Source: Candidatus Marinacidobacterales bacterium (GTDB lineage Bacteria > Acidobacteriota > Vicinamibacteria > Marinacidobacterales > DATDRI01). From it: a stretch of 64,000 bases of DNA. A program made the position numbers and the translations under genes. Below, one piece after another: positions 29,363 to 39,917 of this stretch. Each line of letters starts with the position of its first letter. Position 1 is the stretch's first letter. The stretch is taken from assembly GCA_965219415.1 (NCBI GenBank), contig OZ244742.1, positions 1,600,001-1,664,000 of the forward strand, given 5' to 3'. The notes under the pieces are model-generated. The model was not told the DNA's origin. It ran no database searches and saw nothing but the letters and a program-made list of their open reading frames with translations.

Positions 29363-30835
29363 GTGTCGGGAGAAAAGAACAAAGATCTCGAGGACTTGGA
29401 GCTCCCTCGCACCAGTCCGGGCAATCTCTTAAGGTTGTTTGGCCCGGGCATGATCTTGATGATGACCGGTGTTGGGACGAGTCACATGGTGACCGCCCCG
29501 GTAGCCGGGGGCCGCTTCGGCTATGCCCTACTCTGGTGCATTCCCGTCGCCTACATTTTCAAATACTACGGGTTCGAGATGGCCTTCCGCTTCACGCACG
29601 CCACGGGAAGGAGCATGCTCGATGCCTATGCCACCGCCTGGAAACGGTGGCCCTTGTGGTACGTGCTGGTCACGACATTGATTCAATGCGTCGTCGGGCA
29701 AGCGGGGCGATTGGTTGCCGCATCGGCGGTGGTCTACTACTTCCTTGCTGAATATGTCGGCGTCAACGTTCCGATCCCGCGTCTCGGATTGACGTTAGGC
29801 CTGGTCGCGGTCGGAATTATTCTACGTGGCCGATACGAAGTGGTCGAAGTCGCCGCCAAGATTGCGGCTGGCGTTCTCATGGTATCGAGCTTGGGCATCT
29901 ATCTCGTCGAGCCTGCTCCTTTGTCCTCGATGAGTCACTTCTTCTTGCTCGACACTCCGGAGGGATCCTGGCTCGTCATCGCCGCGTTTCTAGGACTTCT
30001 ACCCACCGGAATCGACGTCTCCTTGCAAGCATCGGAGTGGGGAAAAGCAAAGAAGGCGGGTATGGGTGGAATCCGGGAGCGACTCGAGCAGCTCGGTCTC
30101 GCGCCCACGTTCGATCCTTTTGCATCACGCAAGGGAGATTTGACCGTCGACACTTCGAAGCTATCGCCTCACACGCGGGCGTACTGCCGTCGCTGGTTCA
30201 AGATCGGATTATGGGATTTCCGGCTGGGTCACGTGATTTCGTTCCTCACCGCCTGCGTGTTCCTCTTGCTGGCGGCAGTATGGCTCTATCCGAGTCCGGT
30301 CGAGGGCGCTGCGGTGATGGGAGAGATTGCGAAGATCTTCACCTTGAGCGTCGGGCCGTGGATGATGATCGTATTCCTAACTGGCGCTTTCGCCGCAACC
30401 TATTCGACCGCTTTCAACTATTTCGATGGCTGGCCGCGCGTCGTGGCCGCGTGCTGTCGGAACTTGTTCAAGCCCACGGCATCACTAAAGGGAATCGCGA
30501 AGGAGGATCTTACGCCCGAGCATCGAAGCAAGTGGTACTCCGAGTACAACATCTACCGCATGACGATGCTCTTCTCTCTGGTGGCCTCGGTCTCCATCAT
30601 CGCCGGCGCGCCAAAACCGGTGTGGTTAGTCCTAGTCGCTTCGGCGCTGGCGTTTTTCATCGCCCCAGTGGTCTTCTATCTGAATCTCTACTATTGTTTC
30701 TCCGTGATCCCACGAGACGATAAGGAGTTCTATCCCTCCCGTTTTGCGACGTGGTTCAGCTGGGCCAGCCTGGCGATATTCACAGGCATGACCGCGCTAC
30801 TGATACTGGCCCGCGTTCTTAAGGTCGAGTTTTAG
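29363..30835 (+). CDS. Nramp-like / APC-fold divalent metal transporter family protein
   Basis: FGPGMILMMTGVGTSH, GGRFGYALLW, RFTHATGRS, AATYST..FDGWPR; about 11 TMs. Confidence 0.8.
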   Translation: MSGEKNKDLEDLELPRTSPGNLLRLFGPGMILMMTGVGTSHMVTAPVAGGRFGYALLWCIPVAYIFKYYGFEMAFRFTHATGRSMLDAYATAWKRWPLWYVLVTTLIQCVVGQAGRLVAASAVVYYFLAEYVGVNVPIPRLGLTLGLVAVGIILRGRYEVVEVAAKIAAGVLMVSSLGIYLVEPAPLSSMSHFFLLDTPEGSWLVIAAFLGLLPTGIDVSLQASEWGKAKKAGMGGIRERLEQLGLAPTFDPFASRKGDLTVDTSKLSPHTRAYCRRWFKIGLWDFRLGHVISFLTACVFLLLAAVWLYPSPVEGAAVMGEIAKIFTLSVGPWMMIVFLTGAFAATYSTAFNYFDGWPRVVAACCRNLFKPTASLKGIAKEDLTPEHRSKWYSEYNIYRMTMLFSLVASVSIIAGAPKPVWLVLVASALAFFIAPVVFYLNLYYCFSVIPRDDKEFYPSRFATWFSWASLAIFTGMTALLILARVLKVEF

Positions 30836-31434
30836 CTACCCTGCTTCGGACGAACCTTGAGATCGTTCTCGAGCGTCTTCACCATCCCGCCGACGGACAG
30901 TACGGCGCGTGAGGCCGTCTCTTTGTCTTCCTCGGAAAACACGTAACCCATGAGCTTGACGTCGCCCTTTACGACGACGATATGCATCGGGTGAGGACCG
31001 CGGGGCAAGGAGCTCTGCGCGCCGACGGCATAGTACATCGCCTCTTTCGCGTAGGGTTGCATGGTGGTGTAGTAGATTGAGCGGTAGATTTGCCGGCGGA
31101 GCTGTTCGTCCGACTTCGGGGTCCGGGTAAACTCAATTTCGTTTTTCACTTCCTTGACCCCTTTGACCTTCTTGACCGCCGCGGGAGCCTGGGACCTAAG
31201 AGAGGTCCGGTGCGCGAACCCCCTCAAGTAGACGACATTGTCCTTGATGCCGAACGTAAGCCAGTCATAAACGGTGTAGTCAGGCAAGTTCGCGATGACG
31301 GACAGAATGTCCTGCGTCATCTTCATCAGTTCTTCTTGATCTGCCTGTCCATGCGCGTCGACGCGGGGCGCCACCGTCATTGCGGCCAGAATCACTGCTA
31401 GTGCTGCGGGACGTATCCGTTGACGCGTACTCAT
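30832..31434 (-). CDS. BON domain periplasmic protein
   Basis: Signal peptide; two BON repeats (VYLRG...VKGVKEVKNEI; VKLMGYV...LENDLKV). Confidence 0.85.
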   Translation of the reverse strand: MSTRQRIRPAALAVILAAMTVAPRVDAHGQADQEELMKMTQDILSVIANLPDYTVYDWLTFGIKDNVVYLRGFAHRTSLRSQAPAAVKKVKGVKEVKNEIEFTRTPKSDEQLRRQIYRSIYYTTMQPYAKEAMYYAVGAQSSLPRGPHPMHIVVVKGDVKLMGYVFSEEDKETASRAVLSVGGMVKTLENDLKVRPKQGS

Positions 31435-31597
31435 TCATCTCCTCCTCTGTGACCACCTTCGGCAGGTGGCGTCGGCCCGAAATTTCAAACCGGAAGGATA
31501 GCCGGCCGGACAGCTTATGTAAAGCCCAGTACAAAGGGGGGAGCGAATCCTCGATGTGATAGGATTCTGCGAATTTCAGAGCGATTGGAAGGCTCGG

Positions 31598-31804
31598 ATG
31601 AAAGATTTCTTTCCCATGCTCAAGAGTGAGGGCCGGTATCTGTGCGCCCTGCTGCTTTTCTCCATCCTCGCCTTCCTCCCTTGGTGGCGGGAAGTGTATG
31701 TCGCCGGCATGTCCGTGTTTGGGTGGCTCATGGCCATCCTCATGGTCTTTTCTCCCGCGACCGCCTTGATCCTCTTCCGTTGGGAGCGCAAGCGAGACTC
31801 ATGA
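31598..31804 (+). CDS. Small 2-TM partner of a solute:sodium symporter (DUF485/DUF3311-like)
   Basis: Two TMs, GMSVFGW; ATGA overlap with the symporter. Confidence 0.65.
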   Translation: MKDFFPMLKSEGRYLCALLLFSILAFLPWWREVYVAGMSVFGWLMAILMVFSPATALILFRWERKRDS

Positions 31805-33219
31805 GTCTCGAAATGGCGTTGGTTCTCGCCTACCTGGGTGGGTGTATCGGGATTGGTATTTTCGCCTCACGCAAGGTCTTGGCGTCGAAGGACGAGTACT
31901 GGGTGGCGGGCCGTCGGATAGGAACTTTCGTCAATTCCATGGCGATCATGGCGACCCTCGCTAGCGGCGGCTCGATCATCGGTGTCATGGGATTGGCGTA
32001 CTCCCGCGGTATCCCCTCGACGCTGGCGTTGTTTGCAGGTGCCGTGCTCGGATTCCCTATCGCATCGGTCCTGGTCGCGCGACCGCTCAGGAATTTCGGC
32101 AAATACACCATCACCGACTTTCTCGCCTTCCGCTATCCCCATCCCGTCGTCAGATATCTCGTCCCTTCCCTCATCGTAGCTAGCTTCACCGTCTACATCA
32201 TCGCGCAAATGAAGGCCGCGGGGATTACTGCCAACGTCATGTTGGGAATTCCGTACGATGTTGCGCTCACCTTCGCGACCTTGGTTTTCATCCTCTATGT
32301 TTCAGTGGGAGGCATGCTGGCCATCACCTGGACCGACGTGATCCAGGGTGTTCTCATGTTCACTGTCATCATCGGCTGCGCGCTGGTGTTGATTTGGCGC
32401 GTCGGATCCCCACTGGGCTTGATGGCGCAAGCGACCACCGCAGCGCCCGAGCTCGGTCAAGTCTCGGGGCAGTCACTAGGGAGTTACCTCAGCTTTTTCG
32501 TCATTTGGGCGGCGGCTATCCCGGTTATCCCCCACATCGTCATGCGCGTTTTCACCGCGAAGAATGCTGAAGGAGCGAGGCTTTCGCTCAATATCGCCAT
32601 GCTGTTTTACAGCATCATGATCCTGGCAGCGGTGCTCGCCATCGTGCCGGTTGGAAAGATGTATTTCCCCGACCTCGCGGATGCGGACCAGGTTTTCCTG
32701 ATGGTCATGGGACAAGAATTCCCTCCGATCTTTCGTGGCATCGCCGTCGCCGCGGTGCTGGCGGCGGTCATGTCCACGACCGATGCCCTGTTGCTCGCTT
32801 GCAGCTCCGCGATCTCCCACGACCTGCTCGGCAAGTGGACCGACAAGCTCGGGCCGAAGGGGAGTGCCTGGGTCGGGATCGGATCGGCCTGGGCCATCGG
32901 CCTCCTCGCTCTTTACTTTGCGTATTCGCCCCCCGAGCTCATCAGTGAGTTTTATACTTCGGCGGTCGGGATCTTGAGCGCCGGCCTCTTCGTACCGATG
33001 ATCGCCGGACTCTGGTGGAAGCGTGCCAACCTGCTGGGCGGCGTCGCCGCTTTGATGACGGGAAGCTTCCTCTATCTTTACTTGCAGCTTGCCACTTCAG
33101 TCCCCGCGATTCTGATCGCGTTGCCAGCCAGCGCCATCGCCATGTGGATCGGAGGCCGAGTCGGAGCCCCGGAAAAGTCCGAGATGCTGCAAGCGATTCA
33201 TCGCTTGCACCAGAATTGA
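31801..33219 (+). CDS. Sodium:solute symporter (SSS; ActP/PutP-like)
   Basis: YWVAGRRIG, TITDFLAFRY, GGMLAITWTDVIQ, PHIVMRVF, AAVMSTTD. Confidence 0.92.
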   Translation: MSLEMALVLAYLGGCIGIGIFASRKVLASKDEYWVAGRRIGTFVNSMAIMATLASGGSIIGVMGLAYSRGIPSTLALFAGAVLGFPIASVLVARPLRNFGKYTITDFLAFRYPHPVVRYLVPSLIVASFTVYIIAQMKAAGITANVMLGIPYDVALTFATLVFILYVSVGGMLAITWTDVIQGVLMFTVIIGCALVLIWRVGSPLGLMAQATTAAPELGQVSGQSLGSYLSFFVIWAAAIPVIPHIVMRVFTAKNAEGARLSLNIAMLFYSIMILAAVLAIVPVGKMYFPDLADADQVFLMVMGQEFPPIFRGIAVAAVLAAVMSTTDALLLACSSAISHDLLGKWTDKLGPKGSAWVGIGSAWAIGLLALYFAYSPPELISEFYTSAVGILSAGLFVPMIAGLWWKRANLLGGVAALMTGSFLYLYLQLATSVPAILIALPASAIAMWIGGRVGAPEKSEMLQAIHRLHQN

Positions 33220-33229
33220 TCGCAACACC

Positions 33230-34666
33230 GTGGAAGAGAGAATCAAGGAACTCGAGGCGACGTCCCGCGTCTTGGAACCGGGACCCGGGGCGAGGCGATC
33301 TCAGCTCGACGCGGTCGTTGCCTACTGCGATCGTTTTCTCGATCGGTTGCCGGAGCTACCCGCCTTCGAGCGGACCGAAGACAAGGGCATCGGGCTCTAC
33401 GACGCACCCGTCTCCGAAGACCCCGTCGCGATGGAAACGCTGTTGAATCTCCTCGATCACAACGTCGTTCGGCCCGGCTTGAACCCCGCTTCCGCAGGAC
33501 ACCTCGGCTACATCCCGGGCGGAGGAATCTATACGTCCGCGCTGGGCGACTACATCGCCGCAGTCACCAACCGTCATGCCGGGGTTTTCTTCCCCGGCCC
33601 GGGGGCGGTGCGCATGGAGAACTTGCTTCTCGATTGGATGGCCGAGCTCGTGGGATACCCGGCGAGCGCCGCGGGGAGCTTGAGCTCGGGGGGCAGTATC
33701 GCCAACCTGGGCGGGATCGTCACCGCACGGGACGCCCACGGCTTGATGGCCAGGGATTTCGAGCGCTCAGTGATCTACTTGACCGATCACGTCCACCACT
33801 CGGTGGATAAGGCGATCCGCATCGCCGGCGTCGGTGAGTCGGTTCGGACGATCGTACCTGTGGACGAACGTCGCCGAATGGACTCCGAGGCCCTCGAGAA
33901 GGCGATTCAGAAAGACAAGGCCGCCGGACGGAACCCCTGGCTCGTCATCGCCTCCGCGGGTACTGCCGACACCGGCGCGGTGGATCCGCTCGGAGACATA
34001 GGCGAGATCGCCAACCGGCATTCTCTCTGGTTCCACATCGACGGCGCCTACGGAGCGTTTTTCGCCTTGTGTGAGGAGGGAAAGAAGATCCTTCTGGGTA
34101 TGGATCGCTCCCACTCGCTGGTGATGGATCCACATAAGGGGCTCTTCCTGCCGTACGGATCGGGAGCGGTGCTGGTGAAGGAAGGAAAACACCTCTCCAA
34201 TGCTCACTACTACCACGCCCACTACATGCAAGATGCCGCCAAGAGCAGGGACGAGCTTGCACCCGCCGATCTCTCCCCCGAGCTCAGCCGGCATTTTCGC
34301 GGCCTCAGACTTTGGTTGCCGCTGAAGCTTTTCGGAGTACGACCCTTCCGGGCCGCTCTCGAGGAGAAGTTGCTTTTGGCTCGCTACTTCCACGAAAAAA
34401 TTCAATCCGTGGACGGGTTCGAGGTCGGTCCTTACCCAGACCTCTCAGTGGTCACGTTCCGGTACCTTCCGCAGCAGGGCGATCCCGACGCCTTCAACCA
34501 ACGGCTCACCGACGAAATTCAAAAAGACGGCAGGGTCTTTCTCTCCACGACCCAGTTGGATGGGCGCTTCGTTTTGCGGCTCGCGGTCTTGTCCTTTCGC
34601 ACTCACTTGGACACCATTGACCTCGCCCTCGAGATCCTGAAGGAGAATATCAAAGCGATCGGCTAA
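33230..34666 (+). CDS. Group II PLP-dependent amino-acid decarboxylase
   Basis: SGGSIAN, HHSVDKA, SAGTADTGAVDPL, WFHIDGAYG, DPHKGLFLPY (PLP Lys), ELSRHFRGLRLW. Confidence 0.92.
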   Translation: MEERIKELEATSRVLEPGPGARRSQLDAVVAYCDRFLDRLPELPAFERTEDKGIGLYDAPVSEDPVAMETLLNLLDHNVVRPGLNPASAGHLGYIPGGGIYTSALGDYIAAVTNRHAGVFFPGPGAVRMENLLLDWMAELVGYPASAAGSLSSGGSIANLGGIVTARDAHGLMARDFERSVIYLTDHVHHSVDKAIRIAGVGESVRTIVPVDERRRMDSEALEKAIQKDKAAGRNPWLVIASAGTADTGAVDPLGDIGEIANRHSLWFHIDGAYGAFFALCEEGKKILLGMDRSHSLVMDPHKGLFLPYGSGAVLVKEGKHLSNAHYYHAHYMQDAAKSRDELAPADLSPELSRHFRGLRLWLPLKLFGVRPFRAALEEKLLLARYFHEKIQSVDGFEVGPYPDLSVVTFRYLPQQGDPDAFNQRLTDEIQKDGRVFLSTTQLDGRFVLRLAVLSFRTHLDTIDLALEILKENIKAIG

Positions 34667-34739
34667 AGCCGACCAAACGAAAGAGCCAAACGCAAAGACA
34701 AGCTCTGGACCAGGGCCTTGCTTCTCACCCAGACGAGTC

Positions 34740-34935
34740 AACTTTGAGCCCGCAGCGCAAGGCTGCCCTTCGACGCCGATGGGCCCATCTCATCCGACGG
34801 GTGTTTGAAGTCGACCCGCTCAGCCCATTCGTTAGCCCCCAAGGCCGGGACAACTCCGCGTCGTGGCCTTCATCACCGAGCCACGAGTCATCCGAAAGAT
34901 CCTCGACCCTCTCAAAAAGCCTAACCGCAATAACC
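34740..34935 (+). mobile_element. IS91-like (Y2) transposase C-terminal remnant
   Basis: RRWAHLIRRVFEVDPL and, in a shifted frame, LRVVAFITEPRVIRKILDPL. Confidence 0.6.
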
Positions 34936-35171
34936 GGGCCCCGCCTCAGCAACAACCCGTCTCCCTCATGGCCTAGGCCCCACCCAACATCTGCCAATTC
35001 GACGCCCGTCGTGTATCTCCTCGAGGAACAGGCTTCGCTACCAGCACATATACCCTTTCCCCATTACCTCGAATGTGCTATTTTCCGGACCTACCGACAG
35101 CCGAGGCGGTCTCACCAACATGAACTCACTCGTTTTTGCTCACGCGGCCACGGTCAAATTTCCTATGTTTT

Positions 35172-36233
35172 TCAGTCGCCCGCGCGGTTTTTCTCTAGAC
35201 GCTCGTCCACGAGAGTAACGATCTCGTTCACCGTCTCCGACTGCAAGTCTTGTTGTTTTGCGATCTGGCGCACCAGGCAGTCGACGCGCTCGATGTCCTT
35301 GGCGCCGCCGAAAAGCGCACGTGCCGCGGACGACGGTTTCGCTAGCCCTTCCGCCGCTTTCGCGTATTTCTCGAAGGGAACCAGGTCGGCATCCGCAGCT
35401 CCGAGCTTCGTACACAGTTTCGCGGCCCACGCGTAGATGTCCCGAGACATCTCGAGATCGGCGTGCACCGCGTCCTTGATCGGAATCATTTCGTCACGCC
35501 GGATGCAGCGGTAGTTGCCGGTGACGAGCATCGGCCACTTGGCGAGTGGCACGAAGAGCGAATCGTGCACCTTGAGCTTTACCGGAATCTCGATGGCGCC
35601 ATCGCCGGGATCGAACCGGATGGCGTCGATGTCGGACTCCAACTCGCGAAGAATGTTCGTGTGCTCTTCGGCTTCGAAGCGCGCCGCCTTGAAGTTCGTC
35701 GGCAAACCGACTTGAAGAACGTTCTTCGGCTCGGCGGGCGGCCGAGATGCTTGGGGATCGGGACTCGCGAGGGTGACGAGCGCAGGTTCAAAGCCTTCCC
35801 AAACGCCGGGGTCCGCAAAACACTGCCTCAACGGCTCCGTCGAAAGTCCGGGAATGCGCTCGAGGTAGGCAAGTGGCGGCATGTTCATGATCGCGAGGCA
35901 CGGTACCCGTGCCGTAGCGATGCGTTCCATTAGCTCGCGCACGCCGTCGGAGCCGTACTGAGCTTCCTGCATGCCGAACACGACCAAGTTGAAATCACCG
36001 GGCTCGACACCCTCTGGTGTGTTTGCGGAAAGCTGACCGTCGAGACCCTTCGACGTGATCTCGACCGGCGTCTCTCGGCCGCGGATGGGGAAGCGGACGA
36101 TGGTTCCGTCGCGGTTGATCAGCTCGGCGGTGAGCTTCGTACAGATCAACGTTGCGGAGTGTCCGGCGAGCAACAACTTTGTGCTGAATAGTGAACCGTA
36201 AGAGGCACCGAGAATCAGCACGTTGTATTTCAC
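35172..36233 (-). CDS. Conserved Rossmann-fold protein (ketopantoate-reductase-like), cotranscribed with frc
   Basis: NVLILGASYGSL dinucleotide-binding start, MQEAQY, IMNMPPL, PFEKYA, IERVD; GTG start 4 bp after the frc stop. Confidence 0.7.
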   Translation of the reverse strand: MKYNVLILGASYGSLFSTKLLLAGHSATLICTKLTAELINRDGTIVRFPIRGRETPVEITSKGLDGQLSANTPEGVEPGDFNLVVFGMQEAQYGSDGVRELMERIATARVPCLAIMNMPPLAYLERIPGLSTEPLRQCFADPGVWEGFEPALVTLASPDPQASRPPAEPKNVLQVGLPTNFKAARFEAEEHTNILRELESDIDAIRFDPGDGAIEIPVKLKVHDSLFVPLAKWPMLVTGNYRCIRRDEMIPIKDAVHADLEMSRDIYAWAAKLCTKLGAADADLVPFEKYAKAAEGLAKPSSAARALFGGAKDIERVDCLVRQIAKQQDLQSETVNEIVTLVDERLEKNRAGD

Positions 36234-36237
36234 CGTG

Positions 36238-37485
36238 TCAGATCGCTCCCTGCTCGCGTGCCGCCTCGATTTCCTTGTCATCGAGACCGGCGACGGTTTT
36301 GAGGATCTCTTCGGTATGCTCGCCGAGAAGCGGTGCGCGCCGGACGTCGGCGGGCGACTCAGACAGCTTGATCGGGTTCCCGACCGTCAGATACTTGCCG
36401 CGTTCGGGGTGATCGACCTCGACCACGGTACCAGTCTTCCGAAGAGTTTCTTGTTCGGCGATCTCTTTCATGGACAGAATTGGACCGCACGGCACGTTCA
36501 ACGGGTTGAGGATGTCCATGACCTCCATCTTGCTTTTGGTCAAGGTCCACTTCTCGATCTCATCAAACATCTTGTCCAGCTTGGGAAGGCGTGCCTTGGG
36601 CGTGTTCCATTCGGGGTCTTCCAGCCAATCTTCATGACCGATGGCCTTGGCCAGCCCGGCGAACGCGGCCAACTGGGTGATGACGTATATGTAGGCATCG
36701 GGATCGGTCTCCCATCCTTTGCATTTGACGATCCAGCCCGGCTGGCCACCACCGGATGCGTTACCGGAGCGCGGCACCGCATCGCCGAACTTTCCGTTGG
36801 GATACTGCGGGTACTCAGTGAGTGGGCCGTGGGCGAGTCGCTGCTGGTCGCGGAGTTTCACTCGACAAAGATTGAGCACGGCATCTTGCATGGCACATTC
36901 CACGCGCTGACCCTTGCCGCTTTTCTCGCGGTGCAGTAGCGCGGCAAGGATGCCCGCCACGAGGTGGATCCCAGTACCGGAATCGCCGATCTGGGCGCCG
37001 GTCACCATGGGAACCCGATCGATCTCGCCGGTGGTCGACGCTGCTCCGCCGGTGCATTGGGCGATGTTCTCGTAAACCTTGCAATCCTCGAACGGACCGG
37101 CGCCGAATCCCTTCACCGAGGCGTAGATCATGCGCGGGTTCAGCTCCTGAATTTTCTCCCACGGAAATCCCATGCGATCGATCGCGCCGGGCGCGAAGTT
37201 CTCGACCATGACGTCACATTCCTGGATCAGCTTGGCGAAGATTTTGTTGCCGGCTTCGGTTTTGGGATTCAAGGTGATGCTGCGCTTGTTGGCGTTTAGC
37301 ATCGTGAAATACAGGCTGTCCACTTCCGGAATGTCGCGTAATTGGCCTCGTGTGGGATCGCCGGATCCGGGGCGTTCGACCTTGATGACGTCGGCGCCGA
37401 ACCACGCCAGGATCTGGGTGCACGTCGGTCCGGACTGAACGTGAGTCATATCCAGGATCCGAGTACCTTCGAGAGCTTTTCCCAT
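36238..37485 (-). CDS. frc: Formyl-CoA:oxalate CoA-transferase
   Basis: [29 protein letters not shown] (catalytic Asp), [10 protein letters not shown] loop; RBS GAGGAG; 415 aa. Confidence 0.95.
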   Translation of the reverse strand: MGKALEGTRILDMTHVQSGPTCTQILAWFGADVIKVERPGSGDPTRGQLRDIPEVDSLYFTMLNANKRSITLNPKTEAGNKIFAKLIQECDVMVENFAPGAIDRMGFPWEKIQELNPRMIYASVKGFGAGPFEDCKVYENIAQCTGGAASTTGEIDRVPMVTGAQIGDSGTGIHLVAGILAALLHREKSGKGQRVECAMQDAVLNLCRVKLRDQQRLAHGPLTEYPQYPNGKFGDAVPRSGNASGGGQPGWIVKCKGWETDPDAYIYVITQLAAFAGLAKAIGHEDWLEDPEWNTPKARLPKLDKMFDEIEKWTLTKSKMEVMDILNPLNVPCGPILSMKEIAEQETLRKTGTVVEVDHPERGKYLTVGNPIKLSESPADVRRAPLLGEHTEEILKTVAGLDDKEIEAAREQGAI

Positions 37486-37814
37486 AGTTCTCCTCTTTTT
37501 CAATTGGTGTCGGAACGCCTGGTGGAGTTTCGACTTCGAGGCGATCAGCCACGATATTATCAAGCTTGCCGTCCGGGCGAAAATGGGCACCTGGGACGCG
37601 GGGCTCATTTCGTTCTCGCCTTCGGCCAGCCGGTTGGAGCCCGACGGCGAGAGAATCATGCTCGCGAGCTGGAGCGGTGCTTGGTGAAAGAAGGAGAAGG
37701 TCAAAGGAATCGGCAAGTGCCGTTCCAACGACACTCGCCTAGCGCGATGGTAGCCTAGTGGCAACGCCAAGAACGATGTGTATCACGCTCTAGGCGAATC
37801 AAGTTGGAACGGCA

Positions 37815-38590
37815 CTAGGTCTGCAGTTTCGATCGAAGAGCCTTAGCGGTTACCGGATCCAAGCGGAGCTCTCGTTTCAGAAGAATGGAGCGCCGAAGCT
37901 GCCTTCCCATGAGTCCCTCATCCCGGTGCGGGTGACCGGGGAGCGACAGCGTGAACGATCTCGTGGGCCAACACACGACCCAAAGCGCGGGCGACTTGGC
38001 GCCACCTCCCCACGTTGCGTCGGAATGAAGACCTAGAGTTCGAAGAACATTCGGGAGAAAAACAAAGACGGTGTGAGTCCGTCCAGGTGTCTCCTGATTC
38101 CTCACCGCAGCCCCCATCACTTGTTCCTCATGTCCCCAATCGCTGGAGTCCACACGCAGAAGCACGAGACGGATCGCCATCGAGCCCGGGGGCTCGTTCT
38201 CACGCCACAGCCCATGGCTGCCGTCGTGCCAGCAGACCTCTACTCCACACGCAGAAGCACGAGACGGATCGCCATCGAGCCCGGGGGCTCGTTCTCACGC
38301 CACAGCCCATGGCTGCCGTCGTGCCAGCAGACCTCTACTCCGATCTCCGAGAAGATGCGTTCTACTTCGCGGGACATGGCGCCGAGAGAATGTGAGGCCA
38401 AGCGATAGCCGTCGTACCACAGGAGCGTAAGCCGGGGACGATGGTCGCCCTCGAAGAGGCTCTTGATGCCGGCTTCGCTCCCGTCCGAGCTTGGAGCGGT
38501 CAGAAAAGTGACGAGCAGGAAGATGAAAATGAAGGAGCGCTTGCCCCGGACCGCTCTCAAGGTTCGTAGATAGACCTCCCAAGTTTTCAT
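37815..38590 (-). pseudogene. Secreted zincin-like (HExxH) protein, disrupted
   Basis: EVERIFSEIGVEVCW; ALGRVLAHEIVHAVAP in a shifted frame near 37950; HRDEGLMG; broken by a 95-bp duplication and frameshifts. Confidence 0.65.
38149..38341. repeat. Perfect 95-bp tandem duplication
   Basis: 38149-38243 equals 38244-38338; TCC microhomology at the boundaries. Confidence 0.95.
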
Positions 38591-38796
38591 TCTTTCCTCC
38601 GAGGCTTTCAGTTGTCGACGCAACGAACCAATCGCTCGCCAGTGTTTGATCTATGAGACGTATTCGTCCTTCGATTGGTTCTACATTTTTCTTAGAGTGC
38701 CGACGATTTGTGTAGGTCGTTGGCGAAAATCAATTTCTTGAAATGAAATCCAATATTTGGTTCATCGTGCGAGAAACTTCGGAGATAGAATAAGGA

Positions 38797-39903
38797 ATGC
38801 GCTGGAAGGAAATGTCTCGAGCCAGGCTTATCGCCTGGTCGGTCGCCTTGACCTCGGGGCCGACGACGCTTCTCGTGATGGCGATCGCTTTTCGATATCC
38901 AGCACACACCGAGCGCATCTACGGCAGGTGGCTCTACCCTCGAATCGCCAGTGTGCTGGGGACACTGAATGGAGCGTTCCCGTTCTCACTCGCTCAGTTA
39001 GTGGCTTTTTTCCTACTAGTCGGAGGAATACTCTATTTTGTCTTGCGCAGACGCCGTAGCGGTTCGTGGCTCGCCGCAGCCGGGCGTGCGTTCCTAGTCG
39101 TTTGGGCACTAGCCGGGATCCTCGCTTTCTTGTTCGTAACCTCATGGGGACTAAACTATGCGCGACCGGCATTGGAAGAACGCCTGGAGCTTTCAACCCG
39201 GGACATCGAGCTCGAGGAAGTACTGGACGCCGGCAAACGATGTGCATCGCTTGCCACGGAGCTCCACACGTCACTCGAGCAACCGATTGACGAGCCCACC
39301 GTTTCACCCCTGAGTTTCACTCGCCTGAACGAGCTCATCGACCGAAGACTCCGGGACCTTCGGCTACCCGGCGACCGCATCACCGCTCCCACTTCCCCCG
39401 CGAAGAAGCTGTGGGGCTCGAGCGCCATGGCCTACCTCGGGCTCAGCGGGATATTCGTTGCCTTCACCGGGGAGCCATCGGTCAACTCGATGGTGCTAGA
39501 CGCATCGCTGCCCATCGTCGTTGCTCATGAAAAAGCCCATCAACGCGGCATTACCAACGAAGGGGAAGCCAACCTGGTAGCTTTCATGGCGTGCTCGGGG
39601 GAATCCGAGTCGACGTACGTTTCGTACTCGGCCTATCTGTACGCGACCGGACAACTCCTCGGGGCCGCATCGCAGCAATCGCGGGAAGAGGCAGAGTCGG
39701 CCTGGGCCACACTCGGGTCTGGTCCACGCCGAGATCTCGTCGCGATCCAGGAGTTCTGGAGCCGCTATCATGGGCCCGCTGCTGAAGCCGCGAACAAAGT
39801 CAACGATGCCTATCTTCGTTCTCTCCGCGTGCCCGGTGGCGTTCACAGCTATCGGAGAGTGGTTCAACTGTTGATCGCTCTGGACCGCAGAGGAAAGCTT
39901 TAG
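38797..39903 (+). CDS. DUF3810 family membrane-anchored zincin-like protein
   Basis: FPFSLA, WGLNYAR, GLSGIF..FTGEPSVN, AHEKAHQRG..NEGEAN, SYRRVV. Confidence 0.88.
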   Translation: MRWKEMSRARLIAWSVALTSGPTTLLVMAIAFRYPAHTERIYGRWLYPRIASVLGTLNGAFPFSLAQLVAFFLLVGGILYFVLRRRRSGSWLAAAGRAFLVVWALAGILAFLFVTSWGLNYARPALEERLELSTRDIELEEVLDAGKRCASLATELHTSLEQPIDEPTVSPLSFTRLNELIDRRLRDLRLPGDRITAPTSPAKKLWGSSAMAYLGLSGIFVAFTGEPSVNSMVLDASLPIVVAHEKAHQRGITNEGEANLVAFMACSGESESTYVSYSAYLYATGQLLGAASQQSREEAESAWATLGSGPRRDLVAIQEFWSRYHGPAAEAANKVNDAYLRSLRVPGGVHSYRRVVQLLIALDRRGKL

Positions 39904-39917
39904 GGGGCATCCCCGCT

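Noticed and set aside
37486-37770. 95-aa N-terminal extension of Frc (similarly 58 aa on Acs)
   Set aside because: Homology begins at MGKAL with a GAGGAG RBS; the upstream stretch is non-coding or a remnant of another gene
38149-38341. Repeat as a possible CRISPR or other array
   Set aside because: Only two abutting copies, no spacers, no cas genes; it is coding sequence that was duplicated
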